From: an uncultured Methanoregulaceae archaeon
GTDB lineage: Archaea > Halobacteriota > Methanomicrobia > Methanomicrobiales > Methanospirillaceae
Direction of reading: 5' to 3'
Assembly: GCA_963705255.1 (NCBI GenBank)
Contig: OY970061.1
Span: 256,001-320,000, forward strand
DNA: 64,000 nucleotides
Shown: positions 62,663 through 64,000 of the stretch, one piece after another
Position numbering within the stretch: the first letter of the stretch is position 1
How the letters are laid out: the number at the start of each line of letters is the position of its first letter
Made by a program: the position numbers and the translations under genes
The notes under the pieces: model-generated
The model's database searches: none
Told to the model about the DNA's origin: nothing
The model's input: only the letters and a program-made list of their open reading frames with translations

Positions 62663-62881
62663 TTATTCAGCCTGGACTGCAACGAATGTTGCCGATGAAT
62701 GGGATTTTGGGACTGGCATACCATCCTCAATAAGCCCGCGGATATGCATCTCGATCGCTTCATGCATCCGCTCTTCCGTTTCCTCGCGGGTTTTTCCGGT
62801 TGCAATACAACCAGGAAGATCCGGAGAGTATGCCGAAAAATTCTTTCCGGCTTTTTCAATTACAATCAGGAACCTGTGCAT
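62663..62881 (-). CDS. hicB: HicB antitoxin (short form)
   Basis: AYSPDLPGCIATGKTREE...EAIEMH. Confidence 0.88.
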   Translation of the reverse strand: MHRFLIVIEKAGKNFSAYSPDLPGCIATGKTREETEERMHEAIEMHIRGLIEDGMPVPKSHSSATFVAVQAE

Positions 62882-63123
62882 TGTATGATCATTCCTTGAA
62901 TTTCTGAAGAATTGAGCATAGCGAAATTCGAAGACGAGAAGAGTTCATAAGAACTCTTCGAAGGTTCTTGCTTAGAGATACTGTTCATCGTACCGGGGGC
63001 AAGATCATCTGAAAAGTGTCCGGCAATGGTGACCCGTCCGGATTTTTCCTTATGCTTGTACTGACGATGACTTCCCTTCGATGCAACACTATACCATCCA
63101 TCATCCTCGATTAATTTGATCAT
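62866..63123 (-). CDS. hicA: HicA toxin; 3' end altered by a hairpin-repeat insertion, usual MKVRE start reads CTG
   Basis: IEDDGW...KGSHRQYKH..K.GRVTIAGH...L.PGT.NSI.KQ. Confidence 0.8.
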   Translation of the reverse strand: MIKLIEDDGWYSVASKGSHRQYKHKEKSGRVTIAGHFSDDLAPGTMNSISKQEPSKSSYELFSSSNFAMLNSSEIQGMIIQCTGS

Positions 63124-63251
63124 CTCGCGGACTTTCAGGATGGATCCTCCGGGTGGTTGTTGATCAGTCTTTGTTGTTGTTGCTCATTAGGTTTTTCTGC
63201 CAGTTTCTTTAAAAAGAGATTTGGCTGGTTTGCAATCGTCCATTGTGCCCT

Positions 63252-63435
63252 GCGGTCACCCCCGGCTTTCAACATATGTTCCGATCCGGAACAGTGTCGC
63301 TCATCAGGGACTTCGCCAGACACCAGGACGTTGGGGGATTTTTCGTCGGAGATCCCCCGCCTTTTCAGGGTACTCTCCTGTCCCTTGCGGGAAGCAAGAG
63401 TAGTTAGAAGAATCTGATGATTCCTCTCACAATCA
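63252..63435 (+). repeat. structured direct repeat, copy 2
   Basis: Homologous to 62061-62220 with hairpins conserved. Confidence 0.8.
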
Positions 63436-63537
63436 AACTCCAACGATAAGATGGGAGAAGCCAGGCCGACCTTCAACTTCGGAGAATTCCGATGCGATAC
63501 GGGGAAGTGATGAAAACGGGGAGTTGACAGCTGCCTG

Positions 63538-64000
63538 CTATTTCTCCCCGCTGATCATCCGTACCGTTGCTTCCTTTGTCAGCAGGGTCATCTGGTGAAT
63601 TGCAATCGCGTTCAGTTTTTCCAGGCGCTCAGGCTGGGACAGTTTGTCGCTGATGAAATGTGCGTTGAGGTTCTCGAGATTCGATAAACACACGAGTTGT
63701 GAAATGTCCGCATAATCCCGGATATTTCCTTTCTTCCCCGGGTTCCTTTCCCTCCACTCCTTTGCGTTCATGCCGAACAACGACATATTCAGGACATCGG
63801 CTTCGGAAGCATAGATCGCATTGATCTGCGGTTTTGTCAGCAGGGGAGGGATAAGGTTCTCCTGCACGGCATCAGTATGGATCCGGTAATTTATTTTTGC
63901 AAGGTTCCGGCGGATGTCCCATCCAAGACTTTTCCGCTCCTCTTCCTTGAGACGCTGGAACTCCTTGATGAGGTAAAGCTTGAACTCGACCGAGATCCAT
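63538..64000 (-). CDS. KilA-N domain-containing protein, C-terminal part (5' end outside the window)
   Basis: WISVEFKLYLIKEFQRLK...KINYRIHTDAV.ENLIP...YASEADVLN...GNIRDYA...SNLENLNA. Confidence 0.8.
   Translation of the reverse strand, partial: WISVEFKLYLIKEFQRLKEEERKSLGWDIRRNLAKINYRIHTDAVQENLIPPLLTKPQINAIYASEADVLNMSLFGMNAKEWRERNPGKKGNIRDYADISQLVCLSNLENLNAHFISDKLSQPERLEKLNAIAIHQMTLLTKEATVRMISGEK

Noticed and set aside
1-64000. tRNA, rRNA or integrase genes
   Set aside because: None recognised by eye in the intergenic regions or ORFs; a tRNAscan-SE run would be needed to exclude tRNAs.

Overview
Archaeal DNA from a methanogen, most likely Methanomicrobiales (Methanoregula-like; inferred from gene content: mfnD/mfnF, fdhAB/fdhC, artA, tfs, TBP, herA-nurA-rad50-mre11). 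Positions 1-47.9 kb are mostly GC-rich housekeeping and metabolic genes, with a TerY-P (vWA/PP2C/kinase) triad at the left end. Positions 47.9-64 kb form a defence/TA island with a visibly AT-rich core (~53.4-62 kb). That core holds a type II R-M pair, then a tightly coupled three-gene operon: a Cas4-like Fe-S PD-(D/E)XK nuclease, a long prokaryotic Argonaute lacking its catalytic acidic residues (with a full PAZ motif and an apparent N-terminal winged helix), and a Zn-ribbon/PD-(D/E)XK nuclease. A convergent AbiK-like reverse transcriptase with an atypical IIDD motif follows. This Argonaute locus is the best candidate for an undescribed system. The window also contains a dispersed hairpin repeat family with compensatory stem changes, an IS903-like MITE, a 280-bp insertion with a 7-bp target duplication at the mre11/rad50 junction, and three decayed flavodoxin copies that bracket accessory cassettes. 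About a dozen single-base frameshifts, many in homopolymers and some in core genes (acs, rad50), suggest assembly indel errors, so the split genes are probably intact. All family assignments come from motif recognition by eye; no searches were run.
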